A stretch of DNA of 64,000 nt from Octopus bimaculoides (GCF_001194135.2 NC_068984.1:26421406-26485405), one strand, 5' to 3'. Positions 1 through 14,253 are shown, numbered from the stretch's first letter. Numbers and translations are program-made. The notes: generated by a model not told the origin, from the letters alone.

Positions 1-635
1 TATATATATACATATATACACATGTGTGTTTGAGTGTGTGAGTGTGTGCGTGTGTGTGTGTGTGTGTGTGCGCGTGCGTGTGTGTGTGTGTGAATGAGTG
101 CGTCTGTGTATGTGTGTGCGTGAGTGTTTTTGTGCACGAAGAATCAGGTGGTGTAGGAAATGGATCAAAATATATATTTTCCAGTGTTTTCAATATATGT
201 GGTTTCTATTTATCTTCATAACCAGGTTACTTGAGTAACCTTTTGTTTCTCTCTTTATCTTATTCTATTCTATTTATTTATTTTAGCAAAGATGAAAGAG
301 AGCGGAATAGCATTGTTACTGCATACTTCCTGTTTTAGAGGCAAAACGAGACAGAATTCTTAACGTTTACGAAACAATATATGTATGTTGTTTCATATCC
401 TATAACAGTATTTGGCGCTGTTGAAGCTTGTATAGCAAATAAAAAAAAACAGAAAGACATTTTGTCTTATCAGTTGATAACTTTTCTTCAATTTCCTTTT
501 GTGAATCAGAATAATAAAGACGCAGTTATGGAAACACACACACGCATGCGCGCGCGAACGCTTATCACAGGCAAATATATATACACCACATATGCATATA
601 TACACTGGTAAATGCATATACATATACACACACGC

Positions 636-673
<38 letters not shown>

Positions 674-683
674 NNNNNNNNNN

Positions 684-736
<53 letters not shown>

Positions 737-916
737 CGTACGTACATATGCGCTCATACACACACATAAATACAAACATTTTGTAGCCGCTCATTTAAAC
801 GTATAATATACATGGATGTATATTTAAAATACATATTTTATCATCATTTTATATCTGCTTCCTAAGCTTTTGCGGATTAGCTCCTATATAAATACGTACG
901 CGTGTGTGTGTATATA

Positions 917-987
<71 letters not shown>

Positions 988-2569
988 NNNNNNNNNNNNN
1001 NNNNNNNNNNNNNNNNNNNNNNNNNNNNNNNNNNNNNNNNNNNNNNNNNNNNNNNNNNNNNNNNNNNNNNNNNNNNNNNNNNNNNNNNNNNNNNNNNNNN
1101 NNNNNNNNNNNNNNNNNNNNNNNNNGATAGATAGACAGATAGATAGATATAGAGCTATATATAAACGTATATATATATATATATATATAGATAGATAGAT
1201 AGATATAGAGCTATATATAAACGTATATAAACGTGTGTATATATGTATATGTATGTGTGTATGCGTGTGTTTACACACATATATATGTGTGTAAACACGT
1301 GTGTGTATTCACACTTCAATACACAATTATGTTACACGCATTACAAGCAAAGTTGTTAATATATACATTACTTTTATAACTACTTGAATTGTTATTTTGT
1401 GCTTTTGTGTAAATGTATGTGCATATGAAAATCTGTACGTTTTTGGTGAAGAGGATACACGTTATAATATATGTATTCACCATTACCCTGGAGACTTCAT
1501 ATCAGAAATTCTCTCTCTAATCTTCATATATTTGACTTTTGAAAATATATGTGTTACAAAGCAATTTTCACTTGAGTTTCATATGAGACCAAGAAGTAAG
1601 TTTTTAACTAGAAAGCAGTTTTTAAAAGTATTTTCCCAACGCCTTTAATAGCAGATTGTCCACACTCACACACACATACATACACACTCATACACACACA
1701 TACATTCACACACAAGCACACACACATTCTTATAGCCTACACACACACATACATTCACACACAAGCACACATTCTTATAGCCTACACACACACACACATA
1801 CACACACACTCTTATAGCCTACACACACACTCACACACTCGCACAGAAACATACGGAAACACTCACAACACTCAACACTCACAGATTCACAAACACAGAT
1901 GCGTACTAACACACACACACACACACACACTTACGCGCGCGTGGGCGCGCACACATGCACACACTAAAAAACATAGGTACACATACATACGCACCATCAC
2001 ACGTTCGCACGTACATGCGTATATACCTTCAGGTATTGTCTACGACACTCCTCCCACTGGGTAAATAAAATATCTGTGAATTTTCCCTCGAAATATTTTT
2101 TCTGTACATATATACATACTCGCATACAAACATGCATGCACACACATACACGCACAAATACACACACACACAGACATACGTACACACGTGTCTATATCTA
2201 TTGTCTTTGGCATTCATCCTTCTGGGTTGGTAAAGAATCCAAAACTAACTGCTTCATAGACGCTCGCACAAACATACAAATACAAATACACATACACTCA
2301 CAAAGACACGTTCGTATACGCATTTTATTTTCGTCGGTGTTTGTAATCTCACCCAGACGTACAGTGTCGATGCAATTGTCGTTCAGATTGCACGTCTGTA
2401 GTTAGATATGATGGGAGAACGTAGGCAACAGACTTGGGCGTCTGCGTTGTGCTTCCGGGTACGAAAGCTTAGTAAAAGTTATTTAGTGCAAGGATTTATC
2501 GGTTGTAAAAATCTAGGTATGATGAATGGAGTAGAGATAGATGGATGCATCGGGTGGGTTTGATGAATG

Positions 2570-3116
2570 GGATCTTTTTTAAAACGGGGGCCACATTTTT
2601 CATTAATGTTTTACGTAGTGTTTTTGGTACGGAAAGACTTTCAAACTTCGTATACTTATCTATTTTGTGTTATAGAACAGAAAAATATTTTTGTATTCGA
2701 ATTTATTTCATGTAAAAAATTGTCTTATTTCGATAATTTCAACCAATCACTGACAAGTATTCAGTTGTTTACATTTACTCCTTTGGCTGATTAAGCCATA
2801 GCTTCGTTTTATTTGCTTTTTTCTTTTTAAATTTGCTGTTTTACCCTAACCCTAACCCTAACCCTATCACCGATAGAATTGTTTCAGAATCGTTTGTTTA
2901 TATAGTTGGCACTTAATGTATATCGGCTGAATGGACGTCAGTGATTGGTTGAAATTACAGAAATACGACAACTTTAACATGGAATAACTTAGGGATTTCT
3001 TTTTTTTTAAAGAAGACTAAGAGAAAAAGATGTTTTATATGACACATTCTACCAGTGTTCCAAGTTTCAAAGTGTTTCGTTAATGAAAAATGTGGCCTCC
3101 GTTTTAAAAAAGATCC
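2570..3116. mobile_element. non-autonomous DNA transposon (MITE), Merlin-like
   Basis: About 37-bp terminal inverted repeats (ggatcttttttaaaacgg[g/a]ggccacatttttcattaa, one mismatch). A perfect 8-bp target duplication gatgaatg lies at 2562-2569 and 3117-3124. The TIRs start with GG. There is an internal short (TAACCC) array near 2844-2864. Confidence 0.85.
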
Positions 3117-3193
3117 GATGAATGTAATATGGATTTAGGTGAATGTAGTATGGATTTAGGTGAATGTAGTATGGATTTAGGTGAATGTAGTAT
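3117..3193 (+). repeat. 21-bp minisatellite, about 3.5 copies
   Basis: The unit gtgaatgtagtatggatttag is repeated in tandem directly after the MITE. Confidence 0.85.
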
Positions 3194-5399
3194 AACTTTA
3201 TGTTAGTGAAAAACGTGGGTAAATGTGGTATGAATATTGTTCTCTAAGTATAGCAAAATCCATTGCAAATGAGCTAAACAATATGTCTCTGGGTTATAGC
3301 TGCATTGTGTTGGAATGTGAATCTTTGCCAATCAACTGGATAGCATTTTTAAGCAGTCTTCGATGTTTGGATATGCGTAACAACTGCAGCAGCAGCACCG
3401 GTAGTAGAAAGAGTAGCAGGAGTACTAGCTGCATCTCAGATTTGAGAATAGTATTCCAATGTGACTCACAGTCATACTTTGTATCGTTGACTGCTGGGGA
3501 TTAACTGAGCCAAGCCAAGATATTCTCATCGTCTTGTTTGTGATCTGAAGTTAATATGACATGCCTTCAGCTATTGTGAAACCAAGAATTTACAGTGAAT
3601 TACAAGGTTGTGATTCAGGGTTGGTCATGTTATTATTGTTATTTAGCCCAAATTAAGCAGAACTGTGATTAAAGGCAATTCAGCGATGATCATCGTTTTG
3701 CATATCAGAGACTACATTCTCCAATATTTATTTACGACAGAGGCACGTATTTTGTGGAAAATGTGGTTGCTATATCTAGCAAGTCGAGGAACATTGTTGT
3801 ATTTGGGTGTATCACATCAAATTTGTTTCTTCGATGTATGTCAGGACAGTATTGTGGACCAGAAAGAACCATGTAAACTACGACGATGGAGTCTGAGTGG
3901 TAACTACCGATCCAAGAAATCATATATATATGCAAATAAAAACTATGTGAAATGTAAAAGGAGAGAAACTAAAAGTGATGACGAACGATATTGTTTACGA
4001 TTGCATCGATGACATGCGAGTTGTTTAAATTATGAGTGATGATAGGTTTATAATTGACACCTTCAGAAAAATTGTTCCGTTTCCGAATATGGTACACATT
4101 TGTGTGTCCGTTTTTCGTTTTGATTTAGATCTCAGTTGAGATTGAGTCACTGAAATATTGCTTGAGTTAGTGTACAGTGTGGAAATTTAAGGCAAAACGA
4201 CTCAAAAATGTATACAGACCCTTGAATTAAAAGATATCCTAAGTTAAGGCTAAAAACTGCATTTGAGATATGAGCAAGCATGCAGACCGTGTGTTTCATG
4301 ACGCCATCTTCTACTATACTGGTGGTTATCTTGCAGTCGTAACAATGATTGGTACACACCTCCCAGTTGTTAATGGTGGATGACTTCCTCCAGATGTTAT
4401 AGAGAGTTGTTCGCCTGTGTAGTTACCACGCATTCGTATCTTAATCACATGGGGATTCTGAAGGCTGGTTTTTCATGTGTATGGAATGTGGCGAAACATA
4501 CCAAGGAAGATAGTACGAGTCACTTACTCAGCTTGCTCAGGTAGTTAGAAGTCATACGCACTCACATACGATTGCATACATATGCATGCACACGATCATA
4601 ATCACACGCGCGCGAGAGAGAAAGAAAGGAAAGGGGGAAGAGAGAGATAGAAAAAGTGATTTTACTATTCTATGTGTCCTCTCTGTTGTATGTAAATATC
4701 TGCAGACATATAGCGCATAGATGCAATGTTTGTTTGAAATTTCATATAGTCTAACACATTGTATAGGTGGATAAGATTTTTCAAAATATTAAGTTGGAAT
4801 ATGTTACTTATTGCGATGATTTCATTTCAGTAATTTCACCGAAAAATTTATTTAAGTAATAATTGCATAAGGTAAAGTTGGAAAATATTCAGCAAAGCAA
4901 CAGATTATAAAGGATAATAAGATGGAAAAATTTATCAGCAGAGTCGGCTCATTAACGAGTAGAAGAATAAGCTATGGACAATAAAGATGCGACGTTATGC
5001 AGTAGTAATTGTAAAGTATTTCTTGTACAATGCTTATTACAATACAGTGAGGAAAAAAGATTACATTCCAGTATATTTAGATGCAAGGGTGCAAGTTTGT
5101 AGGGAAGGCATTTCGACTTCGCTTCACTATTAAGTATTTACTTATTTCTTTAATTTTGGGTTGATGTTTAATTTCAATCCGGATAGTAGTGTGACAAAAC
5201 AAAGAAATGTAAGGCATTTATTTCATTCATTCATCCTTCGATGTGGTTGAACAACAATCCGAACCAGTTGAGATTCACCGTACAGATTGTACTATTCATC
5301 CTTTCGATCGCTGAATACAATACATGGCTCGCGAGACCTCCGTTCGGGTGATTTTCCCGAGTCACCATCTCAACCTTGTACACCAATCCGTCACAAAGT

Positions 5400-5510
5400 T
5401 ATCCATTTACAACTGAGTGGACTGGGGAAATGTGAAATGAAGTGTTTGGCTCAAGGACACAACGCACAGCCGATCTTGCATTCGAACCCATGGCCATGCA
5501 CATTGATCCT
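5400..5510 (-). mobile_element. tRNA-derived SINE fragment (family C)
   Basis: Matches the copies at 22000-22220 and 32259-32500 (gagtggactgg...gtgaaatgaagtgtttggctcaaggacacaacgc...tcgaacc). Confidence 0.7.
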
Positions 5511-5874
5511 GGCACTCAACTTCATTTGTGTGTATTCGTGTACAGGGTGCAGTAAAAAGCACCCCCTCAAAAAAAAAAAAAAAAAAAAATCTGAAAAAAC
5601 TACATTCACCATTCTTGATAAAAGTTTCACTAGTAAACGCACGGTGTGCACCTGTCCAAACTATGAGACTGAAAAAATTTAGTCTACACCATGTAACTGA
5701 AATTAAGCAGATGATAACAGAAAAAAAATTGATAAAACGATAAGACATTAAATATATGAAGACTCCATTACCACCTGCCTAACTACACTAGTGCCATACC
5801 GACAACCATGTAAATTTATTTTTCTGCGTATGATGCATCAGCAAAAACCTAGATGATTATCTTGATTTTTTAAA

Positions 5875-6090
5875 ACGGCGGCGAGCTGGCAGAGCCGTTA
5901 GCACGTCGGCGCTTTGCGGTATTTCGTCCGCCTTTACGTTCTCAGTTCAAATTCCACCGAAGTCGATTTTGCCTTTCATCTTTTCGTGGTCGATGAAGTG
6001 AGTGCCAGTCGAGCATTGGCGTCGGTGTAATCAACTAACACGCGCCTCTATGATTTCAGAACTTGTACCTATAATAGGAAGGACTATTAA
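5875..6090 (+). mobile_element. tRNA-derived SINE (family A, Meta/MESC-like central domain)
   Basis: Head ggcggcgagctggcaga..cgttagcacg, B-box-like gttcaaattcc, then gtcgattttgcctttcatcttttcgtggtcgat. Many similar copies occur in the window. Confidence 0.8.
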
Positions 6091-6969
6091 TAAGATTAGT
6101 CATTGGTGTCGAATATAAACTCATGCAGTATCCATTTCGTCTCCCAAAGTTTTGAATTCAAATCCTGAGGAGGTCAACATTGTCCCTCATCATTTCGAAG
6201 TCATTCAAATAAAGTACCAGTGCAGGGTGATGGACTGGGTCTGGTAGAGTTGTTAAGGTATCAGGCAAGATGCTTTTTGGCATCTCTTCGGTTCTTTGCA
6301 ATGAGTTCAAATTCTGCCTAAGTACCAACGAGCAGAGATAACTCTCCCAGTCATGGGTGAATCCCGCAACCGACTAGTACAGACTGGCAAACCTGCGATC
6401 AATATAGATAAGTCGACAACGAAATACTGAGGTTTCAGTCAGCCGTGGATTAGAACCTCCACTCCAACTAAATGAAATCAATTTTAACAATCAGTGTATG
6501 TGTGTGTGTTAATGGTAAAACAAGAAGAACAAAAGAGTACTCAATACTGGAGGTAGAGTATCTAATTTGGACAACCAGGATTATTGAATTGCGAGTGAAA
6601 TGCTTTTGCGATGAAATCTAGAGCTTCAGCCTGTATTGGTTCCGTCTGACTCAATTAAAAAAATGATATTATATCATATATTATATATTATTATATTATT
6701 ATTATATTTTATTATATTATATTGTATTATATTATATTACATCACATTATTTCATTATACGCCAAACGGTTCAAACAATCTTAGTTTCCTTCCCTATAAT
6801 TCTGGATGACTCTGTGTGACCAACAACTAATTTGGTGCCACACTTTTCTTAATTCAAATTCCGTCAGAGCATAATCTACATTTAATGTAGTACATAAATT
6901 TTGTAGGGTATACTCATTCCTATTTATGATGTTGACCTTTCACCTAAGAGATCCTCTATGACTGAAGTA

Positions 6970-7023
<54 letters not shown>

Positions 7024-7074
7024 NNNNNNNNNNNNNNNNNNNNNNNNNNNNNNNNNNNNNNNNNNNNNNNNNNN

Positions 7075-7142
<68 letters not shown>

Positions 7143-8039
7143 GGACCAAGAGAGAGTGAGTGCGAGAGAGAATGAGTGAGAGAAAGCGAGAGAAAGAGAA
7201 TTTGAAACTATTAACCATTCTGATATCCCATGTAAACACGAAGTTTGGTATATTTCTTAGATGACTCTCCTCTTCCATATTTCGCCATTAGAAATACTAA
7301 GCTGTTCCCTCTGTATGCTGTTAGCAAAACTCTGCGACTTAGTACAAAGTATTTTTCACATAGTTCATTATTTCATTTTGACACGAAGCTTTTAAAAAGT
7401 GAAGAAATAACCAGAGTGGTCTTCTTACACTAGCATTTATTTCTTTGTGCATGGAGCAGTGCAGTTGAAATTCTCTCTTCTGCTCATGTTATACAGTAAT
7501 TGTTTTGATGACGTACAAACATCACGTGATTCTTTTATCTTTATAGAACTAACTCTGCCTACACGAAAGTTCTTTTCTTGTTTTCTTTTTCTTTTTTAAC
7601 CCAATATTATAAATAACTCTGTAACATCAAAGCTTCTTTTAAGTGGTTTTGAAATATGAAATAAAAGGGATTCTTGAAGCCTTCACGGAAACCGAATATT
7701 ATATCTCCAATCAAAACAGGAATATACATCCCTTTTTAATCAGTATATATTCATTTGAGAATTTATATCTGAGATGTAACGATTATGCGGAAATAGTTAT
7801 ATGTAACCAAAACTGTAAACAGTCTTTTGGATTAATCTAAAATACAACAAAGTCTTAAAATTTTGAATTTCAATATATTTTAATGAAATTTTTGCTTTTA
7901 TTGGTTAACTTTAACAGCATTTTTTAAATCAAAACCCATATCTCTCTTTTCCCGTCCCTCATTCAAATTAAATACAACGTACAGTGCAAATATACACACA
8001 AAGGCACCAAAAACTGCGATCTTGGGAGGATCACCACTC

Positions 8040-8470
8040 CAATCACTCTTTGTCCTCTCCCACCATGACCTTCCAGTTAAAAGGATACTTGAAGTTGATG
8101 TGGAATTTATCAAAGAGATAAAGATTTATCCTCGAGCTATTCAGCCACGTTCTGCATCCAACCTTTTTGGCTACAACCACAGAGGGAAACTATTTGTCAA
8201 TGGCACGTCAGCAACACTAGTAACAACAGAAAAAAGCAGAACGTCAGAGAGAAAGCAATGGAGAGTCTCCTGGTGAGAGACTGACCTTCTGGAGAAAGCA
8301 GCCAAGTCTCCTTCAAATCGCACGCTACCCCATAAATGAAGGAAGAAACAGATTGGATAATGTAGTCAGATGTATACCTCTAAAGAAGACGAGATGGTAA
8401 AAGCTGGAATGCATTTGACCTTATCATAAGTTCACTCGGTCAGAACTGACTTGGGAATAAACGACAAAAG
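8040..8470 (+). mobile_element. possible highly decayed RTE-like LINE 3' fragment
   Basis: Weak translated resemblance to RTE C-termini (RKQWRVSW, GRNRLDNVV-like segments) with many stops. Confidence 0.3.
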
Positions 8471-9252
8471 CAATGACAACGACTATGGCAACGAACGATA
8501 CCATGAAAACAAGAGACATCAGAATTCACAGAACGGAGAGAGTCACTCCGAAGCCGTTGGCAGAACAAGAAATAATCTTCCCTATATCCCACACTTAATA
8601 CCGTTATAGAAAGGGAAAGACTTATTGGTCAGCGTAGTCCCAGACATGCAAAACTATTAGACGGTCATGCCTGAAATAACTTAGATCTCAGGTCTGTCCA
8701 ACAAAGATTGATCTGGGGGCTAAGCATCAACAGCATCAGAGGAACTGTAGATGGTTTAACAGAATAACCTCCCCAACCTGACCTCTTAAAATCCAAGATA
8801 TTAATCTAAGTAGCTTATCTTTCAACCTAACATCTATATTTCTGTTAGGAAATCTCATTTCACAAATAACTCCTTCTTTCATATCTCTGTCTCACTATTT
8901 TCATTTTATTTTATCTCTGCTTTCCTGTCCCTCTGTCTGGCATCTTTTCTCTCAATCTCACTTGTTCAATTTTTCTCTCTCTCTTCCCCTCTCTCTTTCT
9001 CTCACTCCCTTTCGCTCTCACCTGCTAACTTTCTCTTTCTCCCTCTCTCAATCCATTCCTCTCTGTTTATCTGTCTCAATCATCTTTCTCTCTATATGTC
9101 TCTCTTTTTCTCTGTCTGTCTGTCTCTCTCATTTTCTTTTTATAGCTCTCCCTATTTTAGCCGATTATCTACTATGCGGAGAGGAGAAACTATTTATTTC
9201 TTGTTTTATACATATATCTGTGTGTGTATGCGCGTGAACGTGTATATGCGTG

Positions 9253-9348
<96 letters not shown>

Positions 9349-9993
9349 CGTGTGTGTGTTTGTTTGTTTGTGCGCGCGCATCTGTGACGTGTACTTATTT
9401 ATGTGAATGCTGAGCGCGCTCTTGAAATATCTTTGAGTGTTGCGATCTAAACGTCTATCCTTGGAGAATTAATAATATTTTCTTGTTTCGATTCTCTGCT
9501 GTTGATGTCTACATTTTAGATCTCATCCTAACATAAGAAACAAATTATGTTTTATAAAACAAATCATTGTTAGGTAGAAACCTAAAACTGAGGACTATCA
9601 CATACTTTCCAGATTGTAACGTATTTAGTGGAGACCTTGTTTAATAAGCTAGAGTTTACACTAGCTGGAATGAACCAGTGTTTAAAACTATGTTGTTACA
9701 CCTCTTGAATCACTTCTCTTAACCGCAGTGGTTCGTGTCCGGACAAATGACGGCGCTTCTCATTCCGACATATATTAGTGAATTTATTTGGCCACCCCGC
9801 TTCTGTATTTTCTTAATAACGCTAAATAGGCTTTGCATCCAAATGATTCTTCTTTCTTCACCATGGTGTTGGACAAGCTTAAAAATATTAAAACTATCTC
9901 AAATTTTATCGAACATGAAAATTCGTCCGTCTATTCCATTTCAATCTTCACAACTGTCTTAGCGTAACTTCAGCCAGTAGTTCTGCACAAACA

Positions 9994-10077
<84 letters not shown>

Positions 10078-10181
10078 ACACGGTTTGCGGAACAAACAGA
10101 ATAAATACAACTTAATACATGACTATATATACATTTTCAAAAAAATTTTAATCAGCAGAAGATTACAAAAGTGACTCTAGC

Positions 10182-10241
<60 letters not shown>

Positions 10242-10309
10242 GCTAGCTAGCTAGCTAGCTGTCAATGTATGTGTATATATATGCATACACACATTGACAG
10301 ATAGCTAAC

Positions 10310-10356
<47 letters not shown>

Positions 10357-10965
10357 CTGTTTGTACAATGGCTCCGAGGAAGCTAAAGAATGTTGCACAA
10401 GCACTTAGTTCTGAGTGCACTACTTCTTATTTCAGAAACAAGTGCGGCTAATGAAGGTGAAGTGAGTCATGTTCTCTCGCCATTCATTAATACTCCATAG
10501 TATATACATTGAGTTTTAACAACTGTTTTTTCGTATCGTGATGCCTAGACAGAAATTATAACACGTTCTCTCTCTCACATACGCGCGCGCGTATACAGTT
10601 CTGTATCTTTCTCTCTAAGAAACCTCTTGACGTCTAAGGAACTCTTCGCTCTCTCCTTGTTTCGTGTTGTCTTCACGTTGACTGATTGTTTTAGTTATGG
10701 GTTTGTAATCATGTTTACCTTACATAGGTACACATTAGCAGACTCGACGCACTTCTAATAGAAGGGTGTAAAGAGCGCTGATATGTTTTGGCGCGATAAA
10801 GAAATATAAACAATAGGCATATATGTACGTATATTTTTGTATTTATTGGCAAAAATGACCCTAACCCAAGACAAAATACACAGGCACGTAAAAACACATA
10901 TAAATAAATAAATATATATATATGTATACATATACATATATATGTATATACATATACATACATGC

Positions 10966-11033
<68 letters not shown>

Positions 11034-11515
11034 ATACATACGTATATATGTGTGGAGAGGATCTTTGTATATATATATAAAATATGTATGTATATGCAGT
11101 GTATATGTGTATACATACGTAATTACATACATATAAATACACACCCAGACATAGAGAGACAAATATATGTGTATGTATATATGCAGACAGACACACACAC
11201 ACACACACACAAAGCTGTCGGCGCGAGAGAATGAAAAACTTGTGAGAAGAGAAAGTGAGACAGAGAAAGTAAATCAGAGAATTGTATAAGAAAGTGAGAA
11301 AGAAAATGAAAAAGAAAAGAAAGCTGAAAGAGGGAAAGATTTGACGAAGAGACGCCAAGATGTTTCTTGAAGGTAAGAGACAGGATAAACAACCAAAATC
11401 TCAAGAAATGGCTCCAGAAGAGGATGGCGATTCCCTTGGCATTAGTCCATTGATGTCAGTCCAGTACACACATGAGATACCGACATCGTGTCTTTGCTAC
11501 ATCCTCCCCATTGCC

Positions 11516-11567
<52 letters not shown>

Positions 11568-11967
11568 TGTATTTATATATGCTTTTAGATATATATATAT
11601 GAATGAAGGGATGTTTATATGTGTGTTTTTGTGCTTTGTATACTTGTGTTTTTGTTTATATATGGCGTCTTGGTATATCTGTGTGCATGTGTATGTGTGG
11701 GTGGTGGTTCTGTTAAGAGTGTACACTGGTACCGTTTATTGCTAGTTTATTTCCCAAATAAATAATGTTTAGGGCAATTGGTGCTTTTTATCACCCTCGT
11801 ACATTGCAGACGAATTTTTCCGAGACTGCGCGGAGAATGTCTTATATAAGAATAGTTTCTGTGTATTTGTGCGATTTGAATTTGATTTAAATATTTATTT
11901 GGTTACTACTCAGTTGTGAAAAGTATATGAGACCCAAAAATGAATGTTTGCAGATATAGCCTAGGAA

Positions 11968-12130
11968 ATGTGTGGCTGTGTGTTAAGAAGCTTGCTTCCC
12001 AACCACATGGTTCTGGGTTTAGTCTCACATCGTAGTACCTTGGACAAGTGTTTTCTACTATAGCCTCGGGTCGACCAAAGCCTTGTGAGTGGAGTTGGCA
12101 GAGGGAAACCGAAAGAAGCCTGTCGTGAGT
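11968..12130 (+). mobile_element. tRNA-derived SINE, CORE-like (family B, OR2-like)
   Basis: ggctgtgtgttaagaagcttgcttcccaaccacatggttctggg...ccttggacaagtgttttctactatagcctcgggtcgaccaaagccttgtgagtgg, followed by a microsatellite and a gap. Confidence 0.85.
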
Positions 12131-12149
12131 ATATATGCATATATATATA

Positions 12150-12831
12150 NNNNNNNNNNNNNNNNNNNNNNNNNNNNNNNNNNNNNNNNNNNNNNNNNNN
12201 NNNNNNNNNNNNNNNNNNNNNNNNNNNNNNNNNNNNNNNNNNNNNNNNNNNNNNNNNNNNNNNNNNNNNNNNNNNNNNNNNNNNNNNNNNNNNNNNNNNN
12301 NNNNNNNNNNNNNNNNNNNNNNNNNNNNNNNNNNNNNNNNNNNNNNNNNNNNNNNNNNNNNNNNNNNNNNNNNNNNNNNNNNNNNNNNNNNNNNNNNNNN
12401 NNNNNNNNNNNNNNNNNNNNNNNNNNNNNNNNNNNNNNNNNNNNNNNNNNNNNNNNNNNNNNNNNNNNNNNNNNNNNNNNNNNNNNNNNNNNNNNNNNNN
12501 NNNNNNNNNNNNNNNNNNNNNNNNNNNNNNNNNNNNNNNNNNNNNNNNNNNNNNNNNNNNNNNNNNNNNNNNNNNNNNNNNNNNNNNNNNNNNNNNNNNN
12601 NNNNNNNNNNNNNNNNNNNNNNNNNNNNNNNNNNNNNNNNNNNNNNNNNNNNNNNNNNNNNNNNNNNNNNNNNNNNNNNNNNNNNNNNNNNNNNNNNNNN
12701 NNNNNNNNNNNNNNNNNNNNNNNNNNNNNNNNNNNNNNNNNNNNNNNNNNNNNNNNNNNNNNNNNNNNNNNNNNNNNNNNNNNNNNNNNNNNNNNNNNNN
12801 NNNNNNNNNNNNNNNNNNNNNNNNNNNNNNN
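12150..12831. other. assembly gap
   Basis: N run flanked by (TA)n. The X-rich long ORFs here are artefacts. Confidence 0.99.
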
Positions 12832-12914
12832 TATATATTATTAAAAAATGGCAAAAAATCATATATTAATTAATATCGATTAATTACCAGGAAGCTAGCA
12901 CATTTAAAGAATCA

Positions 12915-13140
12915 AAGAGAATCGTTAGCACGCCGGGCGAAATGCTTAGCAGTATTGCGTCTGCCGTTACGTTGTGAGTTCAAATTCCACCGAGGTCGAC
13001 TTTGCCTTTCATCCTTTCGGGGGTCGATTTAATAAGTACCAGTTATACACTGGGTCGATGTAATCAACTTAATCTCTTTGTCTGTCCTTGTTTGTCCCCT
13101 CTATGTTTAGCCCCCTGTAGGCAATAAAGAAATAAATAAT
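12915..13140 (+). mobile_element. SINE family A with intact 3' tail
   Basis: aatcgttagcacgccgggcgaaatgcttagc...gaggtcgactttgcctttcatcctttcggggg tcgat...ccccctgtaggcaataaagaaataaataat. Confidence 0.9.
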
Positions 13141-13699
13141 AAAATGCCAACAGTAAAAGAAGACTACGTCAGTTCAGGTCACTGCACACAAAACATTGAA
13201 TTAATTTGATGCATCGAAAACAAAACTGTTCGGCTATTCTTGGTTCCGGTTTGTAATTGCCCAAACATTGTACATTCATTTAGCCTTGTCATCGGTGTAC
13301 TCATGCATATTTCATAAATCTCCACTCTCCTCGCTCAACCACGCCTTCAAGCGATTACCGTCCTTTAAAGCACTGCCATGGAGAGGCGCAATCTCTTCGC
13401 CTCAGTCGGTCCGGTAGGAAGACAATGGCAAAATAAACTACAATTTCAGGAAAGTCGGTAATGGAAACATACGAAAATCATGAATTTAGCAAATCTTATT
13501 TTGGCGATTCGGTTCCAGTTATTTCCCTTGGTTTAGTTATACTGAAATGTGAAGAGTCGAGGAAAAGGAAAGTTATGCAGGTTTATTCCATATAAGCATA
13601 CGTCAATTAGATAGGGAAAAGATGAGAGAGAGTGAGAGTGAGAGAGAGGTGGATGAGAGTCTGCGTGTAAGGGGTTCAGGGAAAGGCAGACAGAAACGA

Positions 13700-13755
<56 letters not shown>

Positions 13756-14253
13756 TACAGAGCAATTAAAGATAAATAAAGAAATATCAGGGTATAGGAA
13801 GAGAATATGTCTCAAGTGAAGTAATCGCCATTTTGTGTTGCTCGGTCGAATTCGACCAAATTCTGATAATGCATTTACATTTATGGAAGCAAGGCTTGAA
13901 AATTTCCGTTTTTGGAGTACGGGTAAATACCTGGAAGGAGGGAATGCACCAGGGTCACTTTTTTCTCTGCTAAGCGAAACCTGTACTCTTTACTGCTGCT
14001 AAAATACGGTTTACATTTTGCAATCAGCTTCCTGTTGATATCGTACGTTGCACCCTTTTCTTGTCGAAATGTGCGAGCGCGTGTGCGCGCACGTATCTGG
14101 AAAGTGACGCTGTACAATCAACGGACATGTTTGATCGCAAATATATATCTAATACACATATATATTCTCCAACGAGGGACCCTCTTCATGAGCTGTAAAA
14201 GTAGTAGCTAAATCTCCTTGATGCATTATTTTTTTAATATAAGATGGTTTGAA

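Noticed and set aside
2844-2864. (TAACCC)n as an interstitial telomere or chromosome fusion scar
   Set aside because: Only about three units, lying inside a TIR/TSD-bounded MITE.
3223-4012. ORFs 3223-3504 and 3665-4012 as genes or L1-like RT
   Set aside because: No recognisable motifs or splice support. The antisense frame has only a vague LINE-like resemblance and contains a stop.
11455-11520. Minus-strand QWGGCSKDT resembling the Wnt WGGCS motif
   Set aside because: The acceptor context is just an (AT)n run, the frame closes soon after, and I found no other Wnt motifs in the window.
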